Shown: positions 20,445 to 30,473, counted from the first letter of the stretch. The stretch: 54,170 bases of DNA from a bacterium (GCA_963593015.1 CAVAYV010000063.1:1-54170), one strand, 5' to 3'. Numbers and translations are program-made. Notes: generated by a model from the letters alone, not told the origin.

Positions 20445-21164
20445 CTAATGACGGCGGTTATGGTCGATCATCCCTAAGAAAATCGAAGTCGCCACTGAGG
20501 CATTGAGACTATTTACATGGCCATACATTGGTATTTTGACCACGAAATCGCTGTTTTTCAAAACAAGTCTCGAAATGCCAAAGCCTTCGCTTCCGACAAC
20601 TAAGCAAATAGGGCATTTATAATCGATTTCGTCATAGTAAGTGCTGCTTTCGCCATCGCTAGAAACCACCCAATAACCATTCTTTTTGAGCGTGTCAATG
20701 GCACTAGATAAATTTGTAACAACGGCTACATCGACATAATCGATGGCACCGGTAGAAACTTTTGCGACGGTTCCGTTAAGTGGCACCTCCCCATGGCTTT
20801 TCATGACAACCCCAGTACAACCGAAAGCGTCTACCGAACGTAAGATAGCACCTAGGTTATGGGGATCTTCGATGCCATCGAGCATCACGATTAAAGGGTA
20901 TTTTTGATTTTTCCCTTTTTCGATTAGGTCATTTAAAGAAACCGTCTTATAGTCCTCGACGAAAGCAACGAACCCTTGATGACTGCTCGTCTTAGATATT
21001 CTCGCTAACTCTGAATCGTTCACAAACTTATATTTGATCCCATTCAAATTAAGTTTTTTTGTGAATTTGTCATCCTTAAGTCGCGAACTAATTAGGAGAG
21101 ATTCCACATGACCGCTTTCAATCGAGTTAGCGATGGCATTCTTGCCGTAAATAATGGTACTCAT
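20445..21164 (-). CDS. rlmB: TrmH/SpoU-family 23S rRNA 2'-O-methyltransferase (RlmB/YacO-like)
   Basis: 239 aa with SpoU methylase motifs (LDGIEDPHNLGAILRS, LVVGSEGFGIS, SLNASVA). Its position after cysS matches Bacillus yacO. Confidence 0.85.
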   Translation of the reverse strand: MSTIIYGKNAIANSIESGHVESLLISSRLKDDKFTKKLNLNGIKYKFVNDSELARISKTSSHQGFVAFVEDYKTVSLNDLIEKGKNQKYPLIVMLDGIEDPHNLGAILRSVDAFGCTGVVMKSHGEVPLNGTVAKVSTGAIDYVDVAVVTNLSSAIDTLKKNGYWVVSSDGESSTYYDEIDYKCPICLVVGSEGFGISRLVLKNSDFVVKIPMYGHVNSLNASVATSIFLGMIDHNRRH

Positions 21165-21301
21165 AAATTTCTACCTTCCTATTGATTCGCGTGGGAACAA
21201 ACATCTGAAGTTATTCATTCCACGGTTGCGTTTATATTCTTTTTTCGTCAATTTATCACTATAGTGAATATTTATCGTCAATTTATTCTAAATTGTAAAG
21301 A

Positions 21302-22648
21302 TTAGAAAATCTTTCTTTCAATCAGCTTAGCGCGGATTTCGTCGCTCTTGGCAAAGTCTTTGTTTGCCTTGGCTTTTTCATATTCGGCGTAAAGATTTTT
21401 ATCCTCTTCGCTAAGTAAGGGGAATGCGGGTTTCAATCCCAAAACATCCATATCCGAATGAAGGGTCAAAAATGCGAAATACAAAGACTCAATATCTAAT
21501 GGTTTTTTAGAAAGTAAAACATTCAAAGCCTTATTTTCCTCGTAAAGAGCCGCTAGGGCATTCGGAGTGTTCAAATCGTCGCACAATGCGTCAATTACTT
21601 TAGAATCGTTAACATTTGGAAGGTTTTCTAATTTTTTACCGGCGATTTGCAAGGTTATCGCCGCTCTATTCAAAGAAGAAGCCAACTGATTCGCTTTCTT
21701 TTGCGCTTCTTTCATTGTCTCTTCGGAGAAGCTGGCAGGCGCTCTATAATGAGCGGCCAAAACCATTAAACGGAATGGAATGCCGCCATATTCTTTCGTA
21801 ACGTCTTTCATTAAAATGACATTGCCTAAAGACTTGCTCATTTTTTGGTTATTCATATTAATGAAGCCATTGTGGATCCAATAACGGGCCAGTTTGTTGT
21901 TATTATGGGCTTTTGATTGGGCGATTTCATTTTCATGATGAGGGAACTTCAAATCAAAACCGCCGCCATGAATGTCAATATAGCCATTTTGGGCAGAGAA
22001 AATCGAGTTGATCATAACGCAGCATTCTGTATGCCAACCAGGCCTTCCTTCACTCCAAGGGGATGACCACTTTATACCTTCGGTAGTCTTTTTCCACAAT
22101 GCGAAATCAAGGGGATCCTCCTTTTTGTCATTGACATCGATTCTGGCGCCGCTTTCCAAATCATCGATATTATTATTGGATAACTCTCCATATTGAGGAA
22201 TGTTTTTGACTCGGAGATAAACATCGCCATCAGCAACATAGGCAGAGCCATTCTTGACCAAATCATCAACATAGGAAATGATTTGATTCATATAAACGGT
22301 CGGCTTAGGAGTAATGTCAGGCTGCAAGGATCCAATTTCATCAACCAAAGTGCGATATTCCTTGATTACGCCTTCGGTAAGCTCAGATTCGCTAATTCCG
22401 AGTTCTTTCGCTCTTTTGATTATTTTGTCATCGACATCGGTATAGTTGCTGACAAAAGTGACTTCATATCCTAAATGAATGAACAAACGTCTCAAAACAT
22501 CGCTAACGATTACTGGTCGGAAATTGCCGACATGAGGATCGTTATAAACGGTCGGGCCACAAAAATACATGCTAACTTTGTTAGGAATAAGCGGCTCAAA
22601 CGTTTCAATTTTATTGCCTAACGAGTTATATAGTTTTACTTCTTTCAT
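21302..22648 (-). CDS. cysS: cysteine--tRNA ligase
   Basis: 448 aa with a class I HIGH-type motif (PHVGN), KMSKS and the Cys-rich zinc site context (WHTECC). Confidence 0.95.
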   Translation of the reverse strand: MKEVKLYNSLGNKIETFEPLIPNKVSMYFCGPTVYNDPHVGNFRPVIVSDVLRRLFIHLGYEVTFVSNYTDVDDKIIKRAKELGISESELTEGVIKEYRTLVDEIGSLQPDITPKPTVYMNQIISYVDDLVKNGSAYVADGDVYLRVKNIPQYGELSNNNIDDLESGARIDVNDKKEDPLDFALWKKTTEGIKWSSPWSEGRPGWHTECCVMINSIFSAQNGYIDIHGGGFDLKFPHHENEIAQSKAHNNNKLARYWIHNGFINMNNQKMSKSLGNVILMKDVTKEYGGIPFRLMVLAAHYRAPASFSEETMKEAQKKANQLASSLNRAAITLQIAGKKLENLPNVNDSKVIDALCDDLNTPNALAALYEENKALNVLLSKKPLDIESLYFAFLTLHSDMDVLGLKPAFPLLSEEDKNLYAEYEKAKANKDFAKSDEIRAKLIERKIF

Positions 22649-22660
22649 CTTCTTTTCTCC

Positions 22661-23467
22661 TTAAATTGCCTTAAGAATTTCTTTTAAAGCGTACGCAATT
22701 CCATCTTCGTAGCTGGCTTTGGTGTGAAACTCCGCGGCCTTATAAGCCTCTGAAGTTGCTTCGCCCATGGCGATTCCATGATATTCTTTTAGCATTCCAA
22801 TATCATTTCCGGAATCCCCGAAGCAATAAACGTTGTTTTTCTCGATTCCGCTCCTTTTACATAGTTCGCGAATCGGCACGGACTTATCGACGTGTTTAGG
22901 CATGATTTCCAAATATTCGGGTCCGGTGATAATTATATGATACTTCTCTTTTTCCTCATTCGTGAAGGGGACAAGGGGTATCCAAGAGCTTGGCCCGCAA
23001 ACCATAACTTTGTAAATTCTAGTATCGTTTGGAAGATTCACTTTATTCAAATCCGTGAATGAGTCCATCTTGTTCTCGTCTATTTCCCATTTCGCCCACA
23101 AAGAGACAGTTGACCCAAAGACATAAAGCTTATTGTCTTTGGCGTAAGCGTAAACATCTTTCCCCTCTCCTTTGAAACGGTCATGAAAATAGACAAGATC
23201 ATCCAGAGGAAGGGTTTCTTCGCAAATCAAAGTGCCATCTTCCTTATATAGTGCCGCCCCATTGACGGCGATGATGTATTTCTCACCATCATCGAATTTG
23301 CTCAAAAAATACTTTATGGCATTGAAGGGGCGCCCGGAATTAATTGCGATTGCGTGTCCTTGTTTCAGCAAGGCATTAATGGATTTAATCGCAGAAGGTG
23401 GAATCTCCGTTTGCCCAGCAGGGAGCAAAGTTCCATCTATATCAAAAACAAATAACTTCTTTTTCAT
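22661..23467 (-). CDS. Cof-type HAD-IIB phosphatase
   Basis: 268 aa with the FDIDGTLL motif I, the Cof-type cap and the C-terminal GDSGNDIGM motif. Confidence 0.85.
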   Translation of the reverse strand: MKKKLFVFDIDGTLLPAGQTEIPPSAIKSINALLKQGHAIAINSGRPFNAIKYFLSKFDDGEKYIIAVNGAALYKEDGTLICEETLPLDDLVYFHDRFKGEGKDVYAYAKDNKLYVFGSTVSLWAKWEIDENKMDSFTDLNKVNLPNDTRIYKVMVCGPSSWIPLVPFTNEEKEKYHIIITGPEYLEIMPKHVDKSVPIRELCKRSGIEKNNVYCFGDSGNDIGMLKEYHGIAMGEATSEAYKAAEFHTKASYEDGIAYALKEILKAI

Positions 23468-24126
23468 AAATCCATCCCGAATTTAGCGAGTTCTTTTGGT
23501 TTGGCGATAATGTATTTAGCCTCTTTCAGCAAACCTGGTTTATAAAAGCCATAGCCATATGTGCATAAAGCTAGTGGCAGCGAAGCGTTTTGGGCAGTCA
23601 ACAAGTCTGGCAAAGAATCTCCGACAAAAACCGTGTTATCGCCATTAAGGTCGTATCTATCCATGAATTTAATGACATTATGTGGGTCTGGCTTTGGTGC
23701 TTCTCCTTCGTTTAGGCCTCTAATTTCAGTGAAAAAGCCTTCACCGAAAAATTTATCCAAAATTAGATGAGCCAACGCATTTGGCTTATTTGTGCAAACA
23801 AAAAGCAATACTCCTTTGTTTTTTAAATATTTCAAAGTGCTTGTAATGCCATTGAAAGTCTTCGTGTGATTATTCTGGTAACTTCTATAACGCGGCATAT
23901 ATTCATTTTTCAGTTTCAAAAAATTCTCATTGTTATCGTTTTCTTTCAAAGCCCGATGAATCAAAGCGTCAGCGCCATCACCAACCAAGGAATGGCATTC
24001 TTTTTTGGAAAAGGAATAATCAAAGCCGCATGAGGAAAGGGCATCGTTTATTGCAAGACGTATGTCAGTAATCGTATCTAGAAGCGTCCCATCTAAATCG
24101 AATATCAATGCCTTTTTCATACCCAT
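23464..24126 (-). CDS. HAD-IA hydrolase (phosphoglycolate phosphatase/PpaX-like)
   Basis: 220 aa with FDLDGTLLDT motif I, CTNK motif II and the VGDSLPD motif. An ATGA overlap joins it to the downstream Cof gene. Confidence 0.8.
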   Translation of the reverse strand: MGMKKALIFDLDGTLLDTITDIRLAINDALSSCGFDYSFSKKECHSLVGDGADALIHRALKENDNNENFLKLKNEYMPRYRSYQNNHTKTFNGITSTLKYLKNKGVLLFVCTNKPNALAHLILDKFFGEGFFTEIRGLNEGEAPKPDPHNVIKFMDRYDLNGDNTVFVGDSLPDLLTAQNASLPLALCTYGYGFYKPGLLKEAKYIIAKPKELAKFGMDL

Positions 24127-24171
24127 AAATTATAAGCACATTTAACTTTTAGTTAAATTTAAACAATTAAC

Positions 24172-24203
24172 AAAAAAAGAATAAGTCACCGAGGCGACTT
24201 ATT
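24172..24203 (-). terminator. intrinsic terminator after the cyclophilin gene
   Basis: Minus strand AATAAGTC-GCCTCGGT-GACTTATT is followed by CTTTTTTTG. The 5' arm includes the stop codon. Confidence 0.7.
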
Positions 24204-24711
24204 CAGGAATTTTATTGACCTCGATTTCAGGTTCGTCGATGACTTCGATCTTTTCAATGACGACATTGTCATAAGGCTTGTTGTAATAATGATCAACCCT
24301 TACTTTCGCGATTGCATCCAATACGTCAAATCCATCAACTAGCTTTCCAAAAGCAGCATATTCGTTATCAAGATGAGGGGCATCTTTGTGCATGATGAAG
24401 AATTGACTCGAAGCGGAATCCCTAACCATGGTTCTAGCCATTGAGATAACCCCGCGGGTATGCTTTAAAGGGTTTGGGGTACCGTTGCTTAAGAAATCGC
24501 CATGAATGGTGTAGCCGGTCTCCTTTTCATTGCCCTTTTGGTCAACTCCGCCTCCTTGGATCATAAATCCTTTGATAACGCGATGGAAAATAAGGCCATC
24601 ATAGAAACCGCTTCTAGCTAAACTGACAAAGTTTGCGGCTGTGTTCTTAGCAGCGTCATAATCCATCTCGACACTCATCGTGCCAAAATCTTTAACGTGA
24701 ATTTTAATCAT
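24199..24711 (-). CDS. ppiB: cyclophilin-type peptidyl-prolyl cis-trans isomerase
   Basis: 170 aa with FHRVIKGFMIQGG and SQFFI cyclophilin motifs. Confidence 0.93.
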   Translation of the reverse strand: MIKIHVKDFGTMSVEMDYDAAKNTAANFVSLARSGFYDGLIFHRVIKGFMIQGGGVDQKGNEKETGYTIHGDFLSNGTPNPLKHTRGVISMARTMVRDSASSQFFIMHKDAPHLDNEYAAFGKLVDGFDVLDAIAKVRVDHYYNKPYDNVVIEKIEVIDEPEIEVNKIPE

Positions 24712-24756
24712 AATTATCCTTCTAAAATTATTTTTTATCCTTGTTTTACAGGCTTT

Positions 24757-25716
24757 TTACTTGGCAGCCTGGCTTTTGAACTTATCGCTAGTTAGTTCGA
24801 ATTTTTCGGCGAACAAAGCTGGTGCACCATAGTAAGCGATAACGTTTTTGACATTTTCCGCATTAACTGGCTTGAAGAAAGAGATGTTCGCGGAGGAGCC
24901 TGAATCATTCACGGCTACAAAAAGCTCATCATCCATATAAGCTACGTAGAAAGTTCCTTTATAAGATTTCTCTAGCTCTAAGATTTTCTCTTGCACTTGT
25001 GGGGTCAAAAGATAGAAAACGCTTGTCTCGTCGCTTGCCAAAATTTTGAATTTTTTATTAAATTGGATATATTCTGTTTCAACTGGCGACAAATCTCCCT
25101 TTGGCCCTTTTAAGCCAAATGACAATATCCCAGTCTTTTCCATAATCTTAACCGTTTGATGGAAGTTGCGCCCCATTTTGAAGTTAAACATTGTGCCTTT
25201 CGCATAGGTTTCATAAGTCACCACGGTATTGCCTTTGCTATCGGTATGCGTTTCTCTTCTTTGAAGGTCATAAACCGCTTTTTTAAAGGGGATTCCTTTA
25301 TATTTTCCTTGCACAAAATCCGAACCGATATAACGATCTGGTTTTGCGAAGAAGCCAGGTTTCATTACCGTTTCAAGAGTAAGCATCATGTTATAGTCAG
25401 CGTAATATCCAGGAAATGCCTTATCCATAACGGCTTGGCCGATTTTGATGCGCACTTCCTTTTTGTATTTTGCGTTGATCATTCCGGCGATAATGAAAAA
25501 TATTACGCAAAGAAAAACGAAACCGATTCCAAGAATGGTAAAGTTGCTTTGATCCATCGTCGCTCCGACAATTTGAAAAATAACCGCTCCAGTAACAAGA
25601 ACAATTCCGATTATCACCATCGCCATAAAAGCGCCAAACTTATTCTTTCGGTATTTCTCTAATTCCGCGAACGCGGAATCTAGTTCTTTTTCTGCATTTT
25701 TTTCCGTATTCTCCAT
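24757..25716 (-). CDS. membrane protein resembling the DUF3137 family
   Basis: The start at the ATG at 25716 (MENTEKN) is preceded by AGGAGG. The track start at 25749 lies inside the lemA terminator. There are two N-terminal TM helices and a roughly 230-aa C-terminal domain. The family call is from memory of the DUF3137 pattern and its association with LemA. Confidence 0.6.
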   Translation of the reverse strand: MENTEKNAEKELDSAFAELEKYRKNKFGAFMAMVIIGIVLVTGAVIFQIVGATMDQSNFTILGIGFVFLCVIFFIIAGMINAKYKKEVRIKIGQAVMDKAFPGYYADYNMMLTLETVMKPGFFAKPDRYIGSDFVQGKYKGIPFKKAVYDLQRRETHTDSKGNTVVTYETYAKGTMFNFKMGRNFHQTVKIMEKTGILSFGLKGPKGDLSPVETEYIQFNKKFKILASDETSVFYLLTPQVQEKILELEKSYKGTFYVAYMDDELFVAVNDSGSSANISFFKPVNAENVKNVIAYYGAPALFAEKFELTSDKFKSQAAK

Positions 25717-25730
25717 AGAACCTCCTACTA

Positions 25731-25760
25731 AGAACAAAAGAGGCCTCAAAGCGAGGCCTC
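25731..25760 (-). terminator. intrinsic terminator/attenuator after lemA
   Basis: Minus strand GAGGCCTC-GCTTT-GAGGCCTC (a self-complementary octamer repeated) is followed by TTTTGTTCTT. Confidence 0.7.
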
Positions 25761-25773
25761 AACAAAAATCTAA

Positions 25774-26364
25774 TTAGAATTCGATTTTAACGTCTTGGCG
25801 TTTAGCTTCTTCGGCTTCGAAGAAATCACGTTTTTCGAAATGATAGTGGCGAGCGACGATGCTGCTTGGGAAAACGATAATCTCTTGGTTGAAAACGCTG
25901 ACGTTGGAGTTATAAACACGGCGTGAGGCTTGAAGTTGTTCTTCAACTTCCGAGATTTGGCTTTGAAGCTTGCTGAAATTCTCGCTGGCTTTGAGGTCTG
26001 GATATTGTTCAGCGACAACATTGATGGAATCAAAAGCTTTGGAAACATTGGAAGCAAATTCGCTCTTCTCTTTCATAGAAGCGTTGCTGGAGGGACGACG
26101 CATCTCGGTGACTTTGCTAAGAGTCTCAGATTCATGTTTGGCATAGCCTTTAACGGTTGCGACGGTCTTCGTCAACAAATCATAACGTTTTGTTAAGGCA
26201 ACATCGATCCCAGAAGCGGCCTCGTCGATTTTGACTTGATGACGGCGGAGCCTATTTCCGCAAGAAACCCACCATCCAATGATTGAAATAACGATAATCA
26301 ATAAAACAATGGCAATAACAATGCCGATAGCGGCGCCAGTGCCAAGTCCTTCATATAATTTCAT
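25774..26364 (-). CDS. lemA: LemA family membrane protein
   Basis: 196 aa with an N-terminal TM helix and then the LemA signature (NRLRRHQVKIDEAASGIDVALTKRYDLL ... RRVYNSNV..FN). Confidence 0.88.
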   Translation of the reverse strand: MKLYEGLGTGAAIGIVIAIVLLIIVISIIGWWVSCGNRLRRHQVKIDEAASGIDVALTKRYDLLTKTVATVKGYAKHESETLSKVTEMRRPSSNASMKEKSEFASNVSKAFDSINVVAEQYPDLKASENFSKLQSQISEVEEQLQASRRVYNSNVSVFNQEIIVFPSSIVARHYHFEKRDFFEAEEAKRQDVKIEF

Positions 26365-26478
26365 AATAAAAAATCTCCTTTATGAATATGTCTTAATTCT
26401 AATACAGATAAAGAAAAAAGAAACCAAAACTTAGTTAACGTATCTTTAGATACGTCAATACATCTAAATTAGAAAATT

Positions 26479-26516
26479 AAAAAAGACCCTCATATCTAGA
26501 TTTTTATATGAAGGCC
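26479..26516 (-). terminator. intrinsic terminator after ptsI
   Basis: Minus strand GGCCTTCATAT-loop-ATATGAGGGTC is followed by TTTTTT. Confidence 0.75.
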
Positions 26517-26546
26517 CATCTCTTTTGTTGGAATATTACAAGTTCT

Positions 26547-28205
26547 TCACTTCTTTGAATTCACAAAACCATCGACATCAACTTTTCTCGTATCAATGTT
26601 AGAAATCTCTTTTCGAAGTTTTAAAACATAGCTTGGCGAGACGGAGAGTTCATCGACCCCTAGAGAGACAAAAAATGGCAGCAATTCTTCATCTCGAGCA
26701 AGTTCCCCGCAAATCCCAACCGGAATTCCGGCTTTATGTCCGTTTTCAATAGTGAGTTTGATCAAACGAAGGATGGCTTTGTGATGAGGGTTGAAAGTCT
26801 TGTCCAGCAATGGATTGACACGATCGATTGCCAAAGTATATTGTGAAAGATCGTTTGTGCCAATTGAGAAGAAATCTACGTGCTCAGCCAAAACATCGCT
26901 CATTATCGCGGCCGCAGGCGTCTCAATCATGATTCCCACTTTCATAGCGGCATTAAATTTTTCGCCTCTAGAAGTAAGATTGCTTTTCGCTAGCGAGCAC
27001 ATTTCTTTGACAAACTCGATTTCGCTCAAAGAAATAATCATTGGAATCATAATCGACAAATTGCCGAAATAGGATGCTCTATAGAGAGCGGTGAGCTGAT
27101 CTAGGAACATCGAGGGGCGATCTTTGCAGATACGAATCGATCGATATCCCAAAGCCGGATTCTCTTCTTCTGGCAAATTGAAATAGTCGACTTTTTTATC
27201 GGCACCGATGTCAAGAGTGCGAATAATTACTTCCTTCCCCCGCATTGCTTCCACTACTTTTTTGTAATGGATGAATTGTTCTTCTTCGCTTGGATAATCC
27301 TTGGCGTCAAGATAAATGAATTCCGAACGGAATAGCCCAATTCCTTCGCCATCATTCTTAATGACATTATCCACTTCATAGCTTGAGGCGATGTTGGAAT
27401 AGATTTTCAATGTTTTGCCATCAAGCGTTTTAGTGACTTGTCCCCTCAAAGAAGAAAGCTCTTTGAGATTCTGAAGATAGGTTTCCCGAATTTTGGAATA
27501 TTTTGTAATGTCTTTAGAGGAAGGATCGATAATAAGATTTCCTTTGATGCCATCAACAATGGCGAATTTTCCGTTCAATGATTCATTCACCTCAATGCCA
27601 TCAAGGGCACAAATTGAAGGAATCTCAAGCATCCTAGTCAAAATGGAAACATGAGAATTGATGCTTCCTTTGACTAAAATCAGGCCAATTAGAAGATTCT
27701 TATCTAGCTTCATCAACTCGCTAGAAGGAAGATCATCGCAAATGATGATTGATGGCTCTTTTAAAAAATTGGAATTGTCTTTGTTTTGGAGAACGTCGAT
27801 TATCTTTTGGGCCACTTCCTTGACATCTCTTGATCTTTCCTTCATGTAAGCGTCATCCATTGACTCAAACATCCTAGAAAGATTTTTGGAAGCGTTATAG
27901 ACCGCTTCTTCGGCGATTAAGCCACTAGCAATCCCTTCTTTTACCATGTCTTCAAAGTCAAGGTCTTCAGCCATAAGCTTATGGGTGAGGAAGAGCTTAG
28001 CCTCTTCCTCACCTAATCGAATCAAAGTATCTTGGTAAAGCTTTTCCAAAGAAAGAATTGTTTTGCTTCTGGCGTTAATAAATCTTTCTTCTTCTTTTTC
28101 TTTGCCTTGATAAGTTCCTTTAATATCGTTTTCCTTTTTTTGATAGACAACCAATTTTCCTAAAGCGTAGCCATCGAAAATGCGTTTAGATGGATATTCT
28201 CTCAT
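26547..28205 (-). CDS. ptsI: phosphoenolpyruvate-protein phosphotransferase (PTS enzyme I)
   Basis: 552 aa that reads as EI, with the active-site His region (GSINSHVSILTRMLEIP) and a C-terminal PEP-utilising TIM barrel (SIGTNDLSQY). Confidence 0.95.
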   Translation of the reverse strand: MREYPSKRIFDGYALGKLVVYQKKENDIKGTYQGKEKEEERFINARSKTILSLEKLYQDTLIRLGEEEAKLFLTHKLMAEDLDFEDMVKEGIASGLIAEEAVYNASKNLSRMFESMDDAYMKERSRDVKEVAQKIIDVLQNKDNSNFLKEPSIIICDDLPSSELMKLDKNLLIGLILVKGSINSHVSILTRMLEIPSICALDGIEVNESLNGKFAIVDGIKGNLIIDPSSKDITKYSKIRETYLQNLKELSSLRGQVTKTLDGKTLKIYSNIASSYEVDNVIKNDGEGIGLFRSEFIYLDAKDYPSEEEQFIHYKKVVEAMRGKEVIIRTLDIGADKKVDYFNLPEEENPALGYRSIRICKDRPSMFLDQLTALYRASYFGNLSIMIPMIISLSEIEFVKEMCSLAKSNLTSRGEKFNAAMKVGIMIETPAAAIMSDVLAEHVDFFSIGTNDLSQYTLAIDRVNPLLDKTFNPHHKAILRLIKLTIENGHKAGIPVGICGELARDEELLPFFVSLGVDELSVSPSYVLKLRKEISNIDTRKVDVDGFVNSKK

Positions 28206-28207
28206 AT

Positions 28208-28465
28208 TTATAAATTCTTTTCGAAAGCGGCCTTTAAGCCATTGATTGCGTCTTCTTCGTCCATGCCTATTGCGCTAACAATGACTTCTTCTCCGCCTTT
28301 CACGCATAGGCCCATAACGGCGAATATTCTCTTTAAATCCGCGCTCTTTCCTTTATTGGTGATAGTTATATTAGAAGCATATTTTTTTGCTTCAGCGACA
28401 ATTATCCCTGCAGGACGGGCGTGAATTCCTTCTTTATCTTTAATAATGTAGTTAAATGTCTTCAT
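28208..28465 (-). CDS. ptsH: phosphocarrier protein HPr
   Basis: 85 aa with the GIHARPA His-15 site and a GKSADLKRI Ser-46-type site. Confidence 0.93.
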   Translation of the reverse strand: MKTFNYIIKDKEGIHARPAGIIVAEAKKYASNITITNKGKSADLKRIFAVMGLCVKGGEEVIVSAIGMDEEDAINGLKAAFEKNL

Positions 28466-28466
28466 T

Positions 28467-30473
28467 CTATTTTCTCCTTCCGATTCTGATTCCTTTCCAT
28501 TTTCCTAGTTCTGGATTTTCAACGTCTTTCTTCAATAAGCCTAGCATCAAAGCCGTTACTAGTGTTCCGATCACCAAGGATAAAATATAGAAATACCATT
28601 TGCCAACAACGGCGAAGACGAAGATACCGCCATGAGGAGCCATTAAGGTGCAGCCAAAGAGTACGCTTAGTAAGCCCGCGACAGCCGAGCCAACAACAGA
28701 TGCTGGAATGACTCTAAGAGGATCTTTCGCGGCATAAGGGATAGCACCTTCGGTGATGAATCCAGCGCCCATGATGTAATTGACGAGAGCTTCTTTTCTT
28801 TCTTCTTTTGTCCATTTTTGGGGGAACAGATTAGAAGCTAAAGCAATACCTAATGGAGGCACCATTCCGCCAATCATGACAGCTGCCATCATTTGATAGC
28901 AATATTGTTGAGTCGCAGCATCAGTGGTTGCCGCGGCAGTAGTCAATAAGCCAGTTCCGAAGACATAAGCGGCTTTGTTGATCGGACCACCCATATCGAT
29001 AGCCATCATACCAGCAAGCAAGGCGCCTAATAAGATTGTGAGTTTGTTATCGCCAAGCCAATTCAAAGCTTGCGTGATGCCGATATTGATATATGAGAAT
29101 GGGGTGTTAAGTAAGAACATCAAACCGCCAATGATCAAGATGCCAAATACCGGATAGATGAGCATTGGTTTTATGCCATCTAACGATTTTGGGAATTTAC
29201 AAGTAGCTTTTTCTAAAAGTTTGATAACGTATCCCGCTAAGAAGCCAGCCGCGATAGCGCCTAAGAAACCAGCGGTCGCGCCACTATCTTGCCCAGAAAT
29301 CTTAACTTGTATGGAGAAGGAAGATACCGTGGCTAACGATCCCCCAACAAAGCCAACCGCTAAGCCAGGGCGTCCAGCGATAGAATAGGCGATGAAAGCC
29401 GCAAGCACTGGAAGCATAAAGCCAAACGCGGTGCCTCCGACGGTTTTGAAGAACCAGGAAACTGGGGTTCCGGTTCCGAAATTTCCGTCTTGAGGAACGC
29501 CGGCAAAAGTATCAATCATGAAAGCGATGGCAATCAAGATTCCCCCACCGATAACAAACGGCAGCATATGGGAGACGCCACTCATCAAATGTTTGTAAAT
29601 CGAATGCCAAACGGAGGTTCCTTCTTTTTCGTTCTTGCTTTCTTTTTTCTCGGCATTTCCTTTATAAGGTTCAACGCTGCCATCATAGAGCTTTTTGATG
29701 AGCGAACCAGGATCGGAGATGCCTTTGCCGACTGTGGCAATGACAACTTTTTTGCCAGCGAACCTATCCATCTCGACATTAACGTCGGCTGCCACGATGA
29801 TTCCGTCGCAATTAGCGATTTCTTCCTCGGTCAATAGATTCTTAACTCCGCCTGAGCCGTTTGTTTCGACTTTGATGGAATAACCCATTTCTCCCGCTTT
29901 CTTCTTCAAAGATTCTTCGGCCATATAAGTATGGGCAATTCCGTTAACACAGCCAGTAACTGCAAGGATTTTTGGCAAATTAGTCACTGGTGCGGCCTTG
30001 TTTTCCTCTTTTATTCTTTTTTCTTCCGCTTCGTCGATGATTTTGAGGAATTCTTCTTTAGAAGAAGCGGAAATTAAAGAGTTTTTGAAATTTTCATCCA
30101 TTAAAAGATTGGATAATCTGGCAAGAACTTCAAGATGAATATTGTCTTCGCTATTTGGTGCGGCTATTAGAAACAGCAGTTGAACTTTCTCGCCATCAAG
30201 GGATTGATAATCCACTCCTTCTTTGAAGACCATCGCAGCCAAAGCTGCTTTTGATACGGAGTCAGATTTGCAATGAGGAATTGCAATCCCTTCTCCTATT
30301 CCGGTCGTGGATTCCTCTTCGCGGGCATAGACGCCTTGTTTGTAGGCTTCTAAATCAGTGATGACGCCACTTTTGGAAATCAAGGCAACGGCTTTCTCAA
30401 TCGCGTCGCTTTTGTTAGAAGCCTTTGCCTTAATATCAATCGTGCTTTTTGATAATAAGTCAGTGATTTTCAT
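28467..30473 (-). CDS. fruA: PTS fructose-family transporter, fused IIA-IIB-IIC
   Basis: 668 aa. It has an N-terminal EIIA type 2 domain (GIAIPHCKS), a IIB domain (ILAVTGCVNGIAHTYMA) and a polytopic IIC domain. Confidence 0.9.
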   Translation of the reverse strand: MKITDLLSKSTIDIKAKASNKSDAIEKAVALISKSGVITDLEAYKQGVYAREEESTTGIGEGIAIPHCKSDSVSKAALAAMVFKEGVDYQSLDGEKVQLLFLIAAPNSEDNIHLEVLARLSNLLMDENFKNSLISASSKEEFLKIIDEAEEKRIKEENKAAPVTNLPKILAVTGCVNGIAHTYMAEESLKKKAGEMGYSIKVETNGSGGVKNLLTEEEIANCDGIIVAADVNVEMDRFAGKKVVIATVGKGISDPGSLIKKLYDGSVEPYKGNAEKKESKNEKEGTSVWHSIYKHLMSGVSHMLPFVIGGGILIAIAFMIDTFAGVPQDGNFGTGTPVSWFFKTVGGTAFGFMLPVLAAFIAYSIAGRPGLAVGFVGGSLATVSSFSIQVKISGQDSGATAGFLGAIAAGFLAGYVIKLLEKATCKFPKSLDGIKPMLIYPVFGILIIGGLMFLLNTPFSYINIGITQALNWLGDNKLTILLGALLAGMMAIDMGGPINKAAYVFGTGLLTTAAATTDAATQQYCYQMMAAVMIGGMVPPLGIALASNLFPQKWTKEERKEALVNYIMGAGFITEGAIPYAAKDPLRVIPASVVGSAVAGLLSVLFGCTLMAPHGGIFVFAVVGKWYFYILSLVIGTLVTALMLGLLKKDVENPELGKWKGIRIGRRK

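Noticed and set aside
22649-22660. Looked for a T-box leader upstream of cysS.
   Set aside because: Only 12 nt separate cysS from the upstream HAD gene, which leaves no room for a riboswitch.
25156-25662. 168-aa plus-strand ORF opposite the DUF3137-like gene.
   Set aside because: It is antisense to a gene with clear TM and domain structure and an RBS. Its His/Arg/Phe-rich composition is typical of an AT-rich antisense artefact.
25717-25749. Longer start for the DUF3137-like ORF.
   Set aside because: It would begin inside the lemA terminator hairpin. The ATG at 25716 has an AGGAGG RBS at ideal spacing.
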